A stretch of DNA of 64,000 nt, from positions 47,680,001 to 47,744,000 of the forward strand of contig CM052818.1 of the NCBI GenBank assembly GCA_028534125.1. Reading direction: 5' to 3'. The stretch is from Lama glama. Its lineage: Eukaryota. Below are positions 52,031 to 64,000 of this stretch, one piece after another; position 1 is the first letter of the stretch, and every line of letters starts with the position of its first letter. Position numbers and translations under genes: made by a program. The notes under the pieces were generated by a model. It was not told the origin of the DNA. It saw nothing but the letters and a program-made list of their open reading frames with translations, and made no database searches.

Positions 52031-55000
52031 ATCTCTTTTTAAGGCAAATTAATCAATAGCACAAAAGTATCAGAGTGGTGGATCTGGCAGAAGGTTTAGA
52101 AGACTTGAGAATACACAGGAAGTCTGGCATTCAGAAAAATCTGATACTTTCAAATTGACTTTCATGGTAGCAATCTAGAATCTTTCCCATGAGCCTAACG
52201 GAGAGTGAATGAGGAAAAGGAGTTCTTGTCCTGAGTCGAGAGTCACAGTGTTTGGTTTTCTGAGAATGTTCCTGGCTGTCAGACCCGAGGAGGTGGTTTT
52301 GTGGGAAAATGCAGCTGTGGCCTCAGAGGCACACGTGTGGGGACAGCTCCCTGTGGCTCCCCGAGCTGAGGGGGCAGGAGAAAGGCGGAGGGGGGCTGCA
52401 GGGGCGGCCGGGGCACGGGGTCCTTCCAGGGCACTGGGAAGAGCCCAGCGTTGGGAGGAAACGCCAGAGGCCGGTCCCCCGGCCGTCCTGTGCCTTTTCC
52501 CTGGCAGCCCTCCCCCTCCGCCATCTGCTTCTGCTCCTCAGGGGTTTCTCTGCTGGCCCTGCCTCCGGGCGGGTGTGCGAAGGGAGAGCCCGGCTGCGCC
52601 CCGGCTTCAGCAGGGCCCCAGTGTGCTCGGCACCCCGGGACGGCTCTGCAGGATGTGGGCGCTCGGCGTGCAAACAGGTGCGAGCCGTGCAGACACCCGC
52701 AGCAGGTCCGCTTCCTCGCCAGCTGGACAGGGAGTTCAGCGCTCGTCCATCTGCACGCCTAACGGGACAGCCCTGCCCAGCTGAGACCCTTCCGTTCCCA
52801 CTGCTCGCCCCCCTTCCTTCTGCACTGAGGAGCCTGTGACATCAGGAAAGGACCAGCTTTCCCAAGGCCCCCTCCTGCCTTTCCCAGGCCCAGCGCCGTC
52901 GCCCGTCCGCTCCTCCTAGAACAGCACGTGTAGCTGGTGGGCTGCCGACCGTGGGAGGCCCAATTTTGCAGCACAGGGCAGAGGAGACCTCGTTCAGGTC
53001 TCCACGGTAACGACCTAAACTGTGTGACCTGCGTCCTCGTGGAGCTGCTACGTGGCACCGCCCGTCCCCACGGGAGAGATCCCCCATGGGAGAGGCAGAG
53101 GGCAAAGCCTCCGGCCCACCCTTCTGCCAGCCCAGGACAGCCTCCCCCAGCTGCCCGCACATATCCCCCCCCCCCCGCAGTTAACAGAGCCCGGGCGGTG
53201 CTCGAGGACGTCTTTAAGACTCCACAGCAGCACCCCGCTGCTGAATCCTGCCAGCTGGTGTGCAAGGCGGGACTCCGTCAATAAGAAAATCCACACCGGG
53301 CAACATCGGAGTTTTCCTTTCCAGGATGTACGTTTGCACATCTATCTCTGCCTGTCTGTCTGTCTGTCACGTATGTATCTTATACTACACATTAGGTACA
53401 CTGTATCTTACACACTGTGATGTATTATAAGTATTGTATCTAGCATTCGTATATGCACATATTTGAATATATTTTCAAACAAGGCAGTGTTTCTGGGACA
53501 CTAACCTTGGCTCCCACCTCCCAAAGATCTATTCACAGTAGATGAATGAAGCAGGGCCCTAACAGCCCTAGGTATCAAACAGCCCAGGACTCTTTAAAAA
53601 GGGCTTTTCTTTCTTAAACACGGTTGGTCCTTTGAGGAGCAAGTCAAAACATGCTTCAGTGATCCTGTCTCACAATTTGCTCCGTGACTAACTGAAATCA
53701 ATGGCTGTGCTTCAGCTCTAACATTTTAACATTTCTTTGGTCTCATTAAAGTCTGAGTCCTATTTTGTGTTTTTTGTTGCTTTTAGCATAATGTTAGCAA
53801 AATGTTTTAAAGTGACAGGTTTGAGAGGTATTTTTTTAACCTAAGTCAAGTTGGCTTCATTATTATGCAAAAGAAAAAAAAAAAACCTTCTTTGACTAAA
53901 GCCAAAGTACTGAAGAAATAACAAGTTAAAATCATTGGGTAAGAACATTTACCCAGCTGCATTTTTAAATTCAATGTCATAGAAAGTTCATTTTCTTGTA
54001 ACCCAAATAACAGCCAGATTCTGTCAAGATTCTCTGTGGAAAATGTTTTCAGAAGAGGCTCAAAGTCTCAGAAATCCAAATTAATCAATTTTATAGCTCC
54101 ACACACTGACTCTCCTATCACACGGTATCATATTTCAGCTACAAACTGCCCCAAACCAAATGATTTAGGGCATTTAAATAAATAAGCTCTTGAAAACAAA
54201 TTCCAATGCCATAAAAAATCCTGTTTGATTTTTCTTTTTAAGTCGGCAATGCATTGCTTTTTTTTTTTCCTGAGAAGTGAGCCTCAAGAGGAAATGCAGC
54301 TATCTTTAGCATTTCTTTTAAAAAAAAGAAAAAAAGAAAGAGAAAACTGAACATTCAGCTAAACCCAGAGTCTCTGGACCCTTTCCTCTGGTCTATTTCG
54401 CATTCCATCCCTACCCTGATGGGGTTTTCCTGTAAACACGCAGCCCAGGGTTGCACAGGGTTGCATGTCTGATAAATGCCAGACCCAGGGGAGTACTGAG
54501 AACCAGTCCGGGAAGAGGGGAGGGTAGACTTCAGTGATCACAAGGCAAGCTGAAAATTTTAGAATCCAGATGGAGTATCTTCACAAAACTTCCCACAAGG
54601 AGCATCATGTATGTGTGTTATTCTGCTTCCTTTCAGATGAGCCCACGGTCCAGAATGTATATGAGAACAAGGCCGGTCAGAATCCACAGACTCTTCCGAC
54701 AGCCTGCTCCCGGCACACTTGGGAGAGCAGAGAGAGAGAGACCTGCCCGGGACAGTCCTCGGGTGCCAGTGCTCTGTGAGGCCGTCTTGACCGTGACGTC
54801 TGCAGTGCTCTGTGCACCTGGGAAATCAGGTGCGGGGGGCCCAGTCCACACCTCACCCCACCACCCACTAAAGATGGAGATCAGGGCGCACCAGTTAGCC
54901 TCTGCGGGTGTCAGGGTAATAGACTGTCGGGCTGTCACGAGTCTTAGTGAGCTGTGGGCTCAGCACCGCCTGGTCTAGGCCTGCTCGGGTGGACAGAGAG

Positions 55001-55433
55001 GGTAGCGGACATGCAGTCAGGATGGTGGGCATTGTCCACCAAGCTTGGCCTGGGAACCTCCACCATGCCTTTGAATCTTTCAAATTCTGTGAAGTCCTAA
55101 GAGCTAGTCCTCAAACTCTTAAGCCTCAACCTGGCCGATGAATAATCCCCAAGAGGGTCTCTTTAAACCACCCCCTAAGCCCAAATTCCAAACTCAACTT
55201 GTTTTATGCATCCTTCCTGCTACCCCGGGTCCCCAGCAGAGAGGCCTTCCAAACGGGCTCCGCAGAGAACTCGCGTGACAGCTCGACTTCAGAAGCCTAG
55301 TTTACATCGTTGTCTTCACTTCTGCTGTAGCCAAATGATGTGCAATCGTAGCCACCAAAAGCACTTGCCCAGGGGACTCGGATTCCGTCACAGGAACTGG
55401 AACCAGAACTGACTCCTACACCAGGTCACCTAC

Positions 55434-55494
55434 CTCTTTCAAATTGTAGCTTTTTGTATCTTTGCATAATTTCGGCTGCAACCATGCACTCAAT
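55434..55494 (-). CDS. RNF144A: RNF144A coding exon (RING1-IBR linker), 61 nt
   Basis: ccttag|ATT GAG TGC ATG GTT GCA GCC GAA ATT ATG CAA AGA TAC AAA AAG CTA CAA TTT GAA AGA G|gtaggt = IECMVAAEIMQRYKKLQFER(E). Not in the ORF track; read manually. Confidence 0.95.
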
Positions 55495-55629
55495 CTAAGG
55501 GGAAAAAATAGAAGAAAGGAGTATGAATCTCTGAGGGCAAGAACACCATGCCCAGTCACCCTGGGCAGACCCCACGACCCCCGACACCGCACGGGAGCAC
55601 TCAAAGCCCACTCCTCCAGCGGCACGTGC

Positions 55630-55734
55630 CTCGTTCTCCTGCAGGTGGCCCTGCCTAGGGCAGGCGGCATCCGGGCAGCTGATTGCAGTCTCCAATCCTT
55701 CTTTGATCAAGAGCTCCACATACTGTTTCAGGCA
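55630..55734 (-). CDS. RNF144A: RNF144A coding exon (C-terminal part of RING1), 105 nt
   Basis: Minus strand reads polypyrimidine tract-ccccag|TGC CTG AAA CAG TAT... = CLKQYVELLIKEGLETAISCPDAACPRQGHLQENE, matching RNF144A as recalled. Ends GAG|gcacgt (GC donor). Phase 0/0. Confidence 0.95.
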
Positions 55735-58700
55735 CTGGGGGAAAAAGAGAGAGAGAGAGAGAGAAAAAAAGAGAAGTATCTTTAAACATCTTTACTTCCT
55801 TAAGGCTGAAGGAGCAGTGATGCATTAAAAAAATTTTTTTAAAGTCAAATCAAGCACATTGTTCCAGTCTGGTTTTTGTATCTTTGCTGTGTAGCCATAG
55901 CAGCCCCCAAATTAGGGGTTTGATTCACTCAGCAAGTATTTGCGGGGTACCTCTTCTGCACCAGGACTAAAGATGTGGGTTGCATCCCTGAGCACGACCT
56001 CAGCCAACGCCAGGCCAGTGAGCCCAGCGGGACGCACAGAGCCCGCAGGGGAGGCCGGGAAGCCGTGCCCCTTGAACACGCAGCAGATGGTGGGCTCTGA
56101 ACCCGGTCGTCTCCATTCCTCTGCTTCATGTGCTCCTTAAGACATTCTTGCAGGAAAGGACGATCATCCACATGTGAGAACTGGGTCACCACCAAGAAGG
56201 AACTTGCCAGCTGGCCCAGACAGCAAGGGTGGAGCCCAGATCCCAGGGCAGCCTCGCCTGACTCAGAGATGCCCCTGCATGCCGCACGCAGGACCCAGGT
56301 GCACACGCCCATCCCCTTCAGCGACCCCTCACTCACAAGGCAAACGCATACTCCCACCCTTCCCCCCCTGGGGACACGGCTGAACACCTGAAGTAACTCA
56401 GACAGATCCGTGGGAGACACAAAGCTGAGTTCACACCAAAGCGAGGCGGCCTTTCACACGGCCGACTTCACTGCCCACCAATCTTGGAAACCCTGTGCTT
56501 CCTTGAAACGCACACAGTAAACAAAGGAAAGAAAGGTGATGGCCTTTCCCAGGTACGCTCGCTCCCAAACCAGCCTGAGACAGACTCTGACATGCTCACG
56601 TCAGAACTCGAGGAGCACAGCAACCAGCCCTGCCCGTGAAAGGCCAGCGAAGTAAAACATCCCACCAGCATCTCTCAGCCCAGTTTCAGCCGCATCCCCC
56701 GCACACGCCGGGGTCACAACACCAACAGAATCGCCCTGCTGTAACCTGAGCGTCAGAACAACGCACCACGGAAAGCAGTGAGCTGTTTGCCAAGGCTCTT
56801 CAGCCCCCAAGATGCACAGCACATCTCATTATAAGAACGCACGGCGGTCAGGAGCGAGTGAGCCGGCGCCGAGCACAAGTCTGCCCCTCTCTCTGCCAGC
56901 CTCGCTCTCCCGATCTGCAGCTCAGGGAGGTTCTACGAACCGTCGGGTCCTACGAATGTTACACAAGAGGAAGAGTCTAGAAGACAACGTGGAAAATAGC
57001 GTACGCTCCACCTGTACATCACGACGCGATCTAAACGTGTAATTCTCACTGCTCTAGCAAACCAGGATATTTCATTCACTAAAGGCTCTAGACGGCAATT
57101 CCTTTAAAAAACAAAAACCAAGATCACCCTCAAACGGACCCATTTCCCATCGCTTTGTCAGGAGCACTGAACAGATGCTCCGACATCATGGGGCCCCCGG
57201 AGCGTCGGGGCCTCCGATCCGGGGCCCTGCCTGTACCCCTCTGTCCTGCCCAGGCTCCCGGTAACCACAGAGGCCCTGAACTTAGATCTTTCTCAGATCA
57301 TCTGTGTGTCGTCAATGCCATGATGATGGATTGAGCTCCAGAGAACCAAGCAAGGATGCCCCTTTAAGGCCTAAAATGACAGAGGTTTCAGAGGCAAACG
57401 TCAAAACCAACACGCCTGCTCCCCAGAACGAGGGAGGGGCAGAGGAAGAGCGGGGGTCGCACGGAGCCTCCATCAGGCCTGCACCCGCACACACGTCTGG
57501 GGAGTCAGTGCTGTGGATTAGTGGGGTGCTGTACCCTTTACAGTGAGTGACTGTCCTCAGCTGGGAGGTAACTGGAAATGGAAGTCCTGTTTGGGGCTGG
57601 GCGCAGCACGAGGAGAAGCCACACAGCCTCCTGGACCCTGCCCTCCGGGCAGAGGTGCCGGCCCGTTCCACGGTGAGACTGGGCCACAGCTCCCGCGACT
57701 GCAGAACAGAGGTGCCCATCTTGCTGGGGTTTTGCGACAGTAAGAAGCTACACGGAAGCACCTCGCGTGATTTCCAGCACACAGCACCAGCTCAGTAAGA
57801 GCCACTGTTGTTCCCGCCGTTTGCCTGTCTGGGTGATACGTGTCTTACAGCCAGTCACAGGTGTAAAAAGAAAAGAATCAAAACCTGAGCAACACAATCA
57901 TTATTTTACTTTTTATAAAGGAGTTTGTCTAGACCGAGTCTCCGGAGGACACTGGAAAGCCATAAACTGATAAAATGCCAAAAACACATACTACTGTGCA
58001 GAGAAGCACTTGATGAGAGAGGCTTTACAAAACACAATTAGAGCGGCTGTGACACACCCCCAGGGGACGTCCACGACTCTAAACATAACACCGCTTGCAT
58101 CTATGAACCAGGACCCCGCACGTCTGGTGAGGGCCACCCAGGAGTGGACGTCCTATGCTGTAAGCAGGCCTCTGCGCGCATTTTGCAGAAGACTGTGTTC
58201 TGGGAGCATCCGTTTGTTTACTGTGTTAAAAGACATGAGAGCCCCAGTGTCTGACCGAGTACCCGCTGAACACAGGCCCGGTCTTCTTCCAGGTTAAAGT
58301 GGCCGTGACTCACAGGCCGTGTTTCTCAATCTAATAGCAAAAAGATGTCTTGAAATCAGCACACAAAAATGCCAGAGAAACCGCTGGAAAAATAAACACA
58401 GGGTACAAAGGCAGACGCTGACACATTCCTCACCATCCTGTTAATGCCAGCTAATCCCTGATCAGATGTCTCAGGACCCTGGGTTGATCACTAGCTAAGT
58501 CAGCCAGCTAGACCACCCCAAGAACCTCAAGAGGTGTCAGTCACTCCCATCGTACGGGGGAGAGAACACAGGCGCGGGGGCGTGAGGAACCGGCCCATCA
58601 TCCGCGTCTGTAAGCAGAGGAGCTGGGGCTCAAACCCACGTGTGTCTGACTCCAAGGAGATGGGGCTTTCCGTTTCTTTAAACTTTGGTCTCTTTCTCCC

Positions 58701-58780
58701 CCATCAAGAACACTTTCATCAGCGATCATTTAGTGCTGATTTTCTGTTACCTCAAGTGTCTTTCATTAGCACGAAGAACT

Positions 58781-58879
58781 GAAAATGAGTATCTGTAGGT
58801 ATGTGCATGACGGGGACGCTGTGCTGTGCACCAGAAATTCACACACTGTCACTGACTGTACTTCAATAAAAAAAAAAAA
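58781..58879 (+). mobile_element. Very short L1 3' tail with AATAAA and poly-A
   Basis: tgctgtgcaccagaaatt...actgactgtacttcaataaaaaaaaaaaa is the reverse-complement homolog of the fragment at 369-415. Confidence 0.8.
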
Positions 58880-60735
58880 TTAGGATGCCTCTTAAAGAGC
58901 TGACTGAACAACAAAGTTAATCATCACACAGTTTATATCTGACCAAGTAACTCAAGTTAAAAAAAAAAAAGAATTGTTTGCACTTTAAACTAGCGACGTC
59001 TGAGTCAACCCAGAGCACGTCTTTCCCTGTCCCGGATTCCTGGATGCCAAGACCGTCCACGACATCAAGACCCCCACTGAGGGAAAAGAGGCGGGTGCAG
59101 ATCCTGATGACACACTGTGCTGGCGCTCCGGGGGGTCCTCCTGGAAGGGGGGCAGGGCAGGCCAGGAAGGCGCCCCAGAGCTGGAAAGCTGCCCAGAGGG
59201 ACAAGGCACCCCAGGAAAGCGGCACCCACTGCACCAGGGGCAGGAGAAGGCAGGGAGGTGTCCAGAGCCGCAGAATGTTCCTGGCCTTCCATTTTCCATT
59301 TTGCCGTCCAACTCTTTGAAACCCGGGCCCGGAGATGCGGGGGCAGCACGGCTGGTCTGCCAAGGTAGCTCCGTTGTGTCGGAAGCTTCCTGCCAAGGAG
59401 AAGGGGGCCACGAGACACGGCTGCCTGCCGGAAAACAGCAGCAAGGCTGAATTTCGTGTTTTCTCCCCCGGAGGCCTGCCGGCTACTGATGATGCTAACA
59501 GCTGGAGAAACTTCCAGAAACTGTGCTCAGAGATGCCCGAGTCGCTCCCGCCTATCAGGGGTCCTCTGTTTACCACTGTTACGTGCAGGCAGGTCCAAAC
59601 AACTGCGGAGGGACCCTGGGAGCAGCGTTCAAAGAGCAAGGAGCTGGAAGCGGGGCCCTAGGTCTGAATGTCAGCTTGCCTGCCTGCCAGATGTGTGGCG
59701 TGGACTTCCTGAACCAGATGTGCTGCCTGCACCTCTCTGAGCCCCCGCCCCCCACGGCGCGGGATGAGACAAGCCTGGCAGACGGTGCCGCCGCGACAGC
59801 TCGGTGCCCGGGGGCCACAGCGCTCCCCCCCCATTGTCACACCCACACCATGCGCTGCGTATGGCGTTCCCACAGCCTCAGTAACCCAGGTCTGCTTGCA
59901 TTTCCCCTCGGTGAGACGGCAGACTCTTTGAAAGTAAGAACTGTTTATTTATCTTTCCAGTCCCTGTGCCTGACTGAGTGCTGGTAACCAGCAAGGGATT
60001 AACAGCACCGCAGGGAGAGACAGACGCCGCTGGCTGGGGAGCTGTGGGGGCGGCAGGCAGCACAAGCCGACCCCGCACGGACACGGGCACCCTGCCTCCC
60101 CGCAGAGGAGCGGAGGCCGCGTCCTGGGCCCCTCGGCAGGGGGGAGGCCGAGCCCTTCCTCGCTGAGCCGGCCGCTGGGATGCTGGAGCCGTGGGCGTGG
60201 GCGTCGCCTGGCGAGGATGCTTCACGCCAAGCCCGGGAGGCCGAGCAGGCCACCCAGCAAGCCCCGTGCTGCGCGCTGCCAGGGGCGCTCCTGCCCGGGC
60301 TGCGGGGACGTGACTTTACCCAGCGCTGGGAGTCCAAATCGTGAAGGCCTCTTTTGTAAACTTTTCCAAAGGAAAAAAAATTCCAAACTTTCTTTCTACC
60401 AAAAAAAAAAAAAAAAAAAGCTCTCATCTACATGTACTCGGTGCTCTGCCCTTGCTAAACCGCTGGATCGGATCCCCTGTCTCCTGGACTCACCTCCCCT
60501 GCACTCTCAGAGCCCAGGGCTTTGCTGAAGACCAGGAGCAGCAGGGAGACAGGAGGCCCCTCGGTCAGCCTTGCCCCCGGGAGCCTCGGCGCTCTGCTCC
60601 CCGAGAATCCTTGGGCCTTTCCCTCAAGGTCCTAAGACTGGAACCGAGTCACGCACAGCACAAGCACAATGACCTTCCTTGCAGGCAGTGTCCTTGCAGG
60701 AAGGATTAAATTGGACCCGTACAAAGCAGGGTCTC

Positions 60736-60860
60736 GGGGGAGGGTGCAGCTCAGTGGGGGAGCACGTGCTTATCATGCACGAGGTCCTGGGTTCCATCCC
60801 CAGTACCTCCTTTAAAAAATCAAAATAAAACAGTATTAAAAAAGTAAACAAAAATAAAAC
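60736..60860 (+). mobile_element. tRNA-derived SINE (Vic-1-like) with 15-bp TSD
   Basis: gggggagggtgcagctcagtgg...gaggtcctgggttccatccccagtacctcc + A-rich tail. TSD acaaagcagggtctc (60721-60735) / acaaagtaggttctc (60861-60875). Confidence 0.92.
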
Positions 60861-63029
60861 ACAAAGTAGGTTCTCAATGGTACTAGTTCCGGCTGCTTCC
60901 ACCCTACTGTGCCCATCAGCCCAATTCTGCCCACGTGGAAGTCCCGCCACCAAGACCCCTTCCAGCCTTGAGTTCAAACTGAGGCGGTCACAGGCCCTTG
61001 CTCGGGCAGGAGCCTCACCCCTTCCGTGGAACCCCTGACCTGCAGCCTCGTGTCTGATGCCCCGGAGAGAGCCAGTGCAGCCCTGACCCCACACGCTGAC
61101 AGGGCAGAGGCGATGCCCCTCATAGTCTCTGTCGCCCGCAACGGCCCTCACCCAGGGGCTTGTGACTGCAGATGCACAGAAAGATGCGGGCTGAGTGGTC
61201 TGGTGTTCAAAGCTGTCCTTCAAGGTCACCAAGGGGGAAGTCCTCAGCTGTGAGTTTGCCACCTGCTTGGGATTTTCAAGTCAACTCAGCTGGTAGGCAC
61301 TGATTTTGTGAGGAGGTGCGAGGCGGGTAGGACCTGGGGGGACCTCCCTTCACCACAATCAATGCAAAGAGACAGACGAGCCGGAGCTGGCTCCGGACGC
61401 TGCTTTCTCAGTCTCTTCCCACAGAGAGGAAGTTACCCATCCCGGTGCTGGGTCCACCCAAGGCAGAGAAACACCAGGAGACAGGGTGCGGGCTTGACAA
61501 CACGTGATGTGTGGAGAAGCAGAGAACGTGGCGCTGACGGGCTGCAGACACCGAAGAGACCGGAAAGCACCCGGGGCCCAGCTGGGCAGCAGGCTGTCCT
61601 TCGCAGAGGGCTTGGGTTCACAGCGTGCCTGGAGTGGGTTTACATCATCAAAAGGGCTGCTTTACAAGAACTGGTCTCTGCATGTGTAGGTGGACCTGAC
61701 GGAGCAGGAGACCAGTTAAATTATTCAAGACAACGGTTCCCAGTCAGGGCTCTGGGTCTTCCCGGCTTTGGGTGGGGAACTGGGCACGGCCTCCACGTGG
61801 CCAGCAGCTTCGCCAGGATCTAAAAAAAACTCAGCCTTGAAATGGACCTTTCCTGGAAAGCCCTGCCTGTGCGGTCACTCCCGCTGATAGAACGCAGGAG
61901 GACTGCTCTCTGTTCTTGAAGGAAATGCCCTGTTCTGAGAACCGGGCGGCGGTCAAGGTGACCAGCAGGATTTGATGATGACTGTACCGGGGAGCTGGGC
62001 GCAGTGGAAGGCCGGGAGGGGAACAGAAGACGAAAGTTAGGGAGCCCTGAAGGTGACTCAGGGCCCAGCTCTGGTGACCTGGGGAGCCCTCTGGGGACTG
62101 GGCTGGGCCTGCCCATGGGTCTGCCAGTCCGCAGCCCCACAGGAAGGGACTGAAGGTGACGCTATGCTTTCTGCTCCTCCCCAGGTCCTCCTGCTCCAGG
62201 GACCACCCGCCCCCTCCTCCCGAGCCCAGCTGCCTAGAAGGGGAGATTAGGGGAGAAGGCGCCGTCCTCTCCTCTGCAGGGAGGATGCGCTCCTCACCCT
62301 CGTGCTTCCAGACAAGCTGCCGGAGAACTGCCGTGTGGAGGACGGCCTCTCTGCTCCAAAGTCACGGAGGACCAAGCGTGAGCATTCAACCAAACCCCGC
62401 CTCACCACCAGCACCTCCCGACGAAAGGCAGGACAGAGGCGGTTGTGGCAGGAGGGGTTCACGCGCGGAGCCCGAGTGTCAGGTGTCAGGAACACGAGGG
62501 GCTTCTGCTGCATCCACTCAACAAACAGGCACTCACTCCGCCCTGACAGTCTAGGGGACCAGAAGCAGAGGACCACGCATCCTGCGGAGGACTCTTCCTG
62601 GAGGTGGAATGTGTTTCTGTGTGGGCGTACGGCACCCGTGTGTGCGCAGAATTTACGAAGGAACGTGAGAGAAGGGGCTGCAAGTATTCGACGTGTGCAG
62701 GGTTTGGGGGTGACGAAGTGAGACGTGTGCGACTGCTCAGAATCGGGGACACTGCGGGTTCATGCTAACAGCCAGACACTGTCCCTCCAGCCTCCTCAGG
62801 CTGGGCTGTCTCCATCCCAACCCCTGCAGATCGTCCCGTCAAAGGGAGAATCCAAGACTTGCGTTTGCTTTTTATCTCATGATTGAGAAGGGGCCAGGGA
62901 AGCCGAGAAGACTACCTATCTGGGTATCCTGGCAAAATCGGGGCAGGGTTCCAGGACCCCGACTGCAGCAGGACCTAGAAGGGCCTCCTGGGAGAGAACA
63001 GGGAGGTCGGATTCAGAGTCCAGTGCATT

Positions 63030-63130
63030 GGGGAGGGTCTAGCTCAGTGGCAGAGCATGTGCTTAACATGCACGAGGTCCTGGGTTCAATCCCCAGTACC
63101 TCCACTAAAAAACAAAGGAAAAATAAAGTA
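63030..63130 (+). mobile_element. tRNA-derived SINE (Vic-1-like)
   Basis: ggggagggtctagctcagtggcagagcatgtgcttaacatgcacgaggtcctgggttcaatccccagtacctcc + A-rich tail. A box (tagctcagtgg) and B box (ggttcaatcc) intact. Confidence 0.92.
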
Positions 63131-64000
63131 CGCAAAACAAGGAGAGAGGAAGAAGGTCCCTAGTGTCCTTCCTAGGTAGGAAGGTGCTGGGATCCGGGGG
63201 CGTGAGAAGGAAGCCTGGTGCCCGTGACCGAGGGCCTGACCTGCAAATGCCTCCCGGCCGCCCTTCAGCCCTTTGCTAAGTTTCTCAGCAGAGCTGACCC
63301 CAGGAATCAGTGTTTCCTTACACGTGGTTAAAAGAGAAGCATCAGGTTTCGTTGCAAAAACCAAGTGCACGGGAGTCGAGGCACACCCAGAGGATGCTCC
63401 AGAGCGCTCCTCCCCTTTCTGGGCTGCAGTGGCCCGTTTATGAGTCGGAGCCGCCTGCCCACTTCCCAGGATTTATGGAAAGCGAGGTAGCGTTGACGGG
63501 CGTCACTGCGTCACCGTCAATCAGCAGACACCGCTCTTTCACCACGAGGTGAAGCTTTACGGGGACCCTAAATCCAGGGATAAAAATGAAAAGCGTGTGG
63601 GTGGTGCCTGTGGGCAGCGCTGGTGGAGGACCTGAGGGGGGGCACCTTGGGGACACAGTAAAGACCTGACAACCCGGTCCCTACGCTGCTGTCACCGTGG
63701 CAGCTGGAGCCCAGCCCGGTGATGCGTTCTCAGCGCCGGACCTCAAGCCAGCCCCCCTGCAAGCCTGCCTTTCTCATCTAAGAAGCCCAGTGAAGGACAC
63801 ACACCTTCTAGACCCAAAGCTTTCTGCTCCTCGGGTGGCTCCGGCCTCACACAGGAGGCGCACGGCCCCAGGCCCTTCCCTCTGCACATCACCACTGAAG
63901 CACTGCTCCGTAGCCCCACCTTTCTGGCCTGGTGCCCTTCTGGTCCCTGCCAATTATGTCGCTGTGGGAACCTCAGCAAAACCCTCCCATTCCGGCCCCA

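Noticed and set aside
63030..63103. tRNA-Ala-like sequence (also at 60736, 43340 and 43620)
   Set aside because: A-rich tails, TSDs on three copies and imperfect acceptor stems identify these as tRNA-derived SINEs, not tRNA genes.
55735..64000. Search for the first RNF144A coding exon (MTT..RPTWDLALDPLVSCKLC...)
   Set aside because: No matching sequence seen; it probably lies outside the window.

Overview
Mammalian genomic DNA, probably camelid (inferred from four tRNA-derived SINEs resembling Vic-1 and from the L1 3' tails). The only protein-coding gene I can support is RNF144A (RING-between-RING E3 ubiquitin ligase) on the minus strand. Six coding exons lie in the window (55734-55630, 55494-55434, 50678-50471, 46597-46450, 40780-40691, 35463-35332; 744 nt = 247 aa + stop). 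They cover the end of RING1, the IBR, RING2 with the catalytic Cys, and the transmembrane tail, followed by a ~4 kb 3' UTR ending near 31.2 kb. I did not find the first coding exon (~45 aa); it probably lies beyond position 64000. Positions 1 to ~31 kb are repeat-rich intergenic DNA (L1 fragments, MaLR solo LTRs, MIR/L2, MER elements, microsatellites) with a 500-N assembly gap. Nearly all other ORFs in the track are chance ORFs in GC-rich or repeat DNA. I found no convincing new biological system. The most interesting signals are a GC-AG intron that is open in frame up to its own acceptor TAG, a CAGCAG tandem acceptor, a closely spaced inverted SINE pair, and a patchy AT-to-GC substitution bias in repeats that may extend to RNF144A amino-acid changes. 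Repeat family names and human comparisons are from memory, not from searches.
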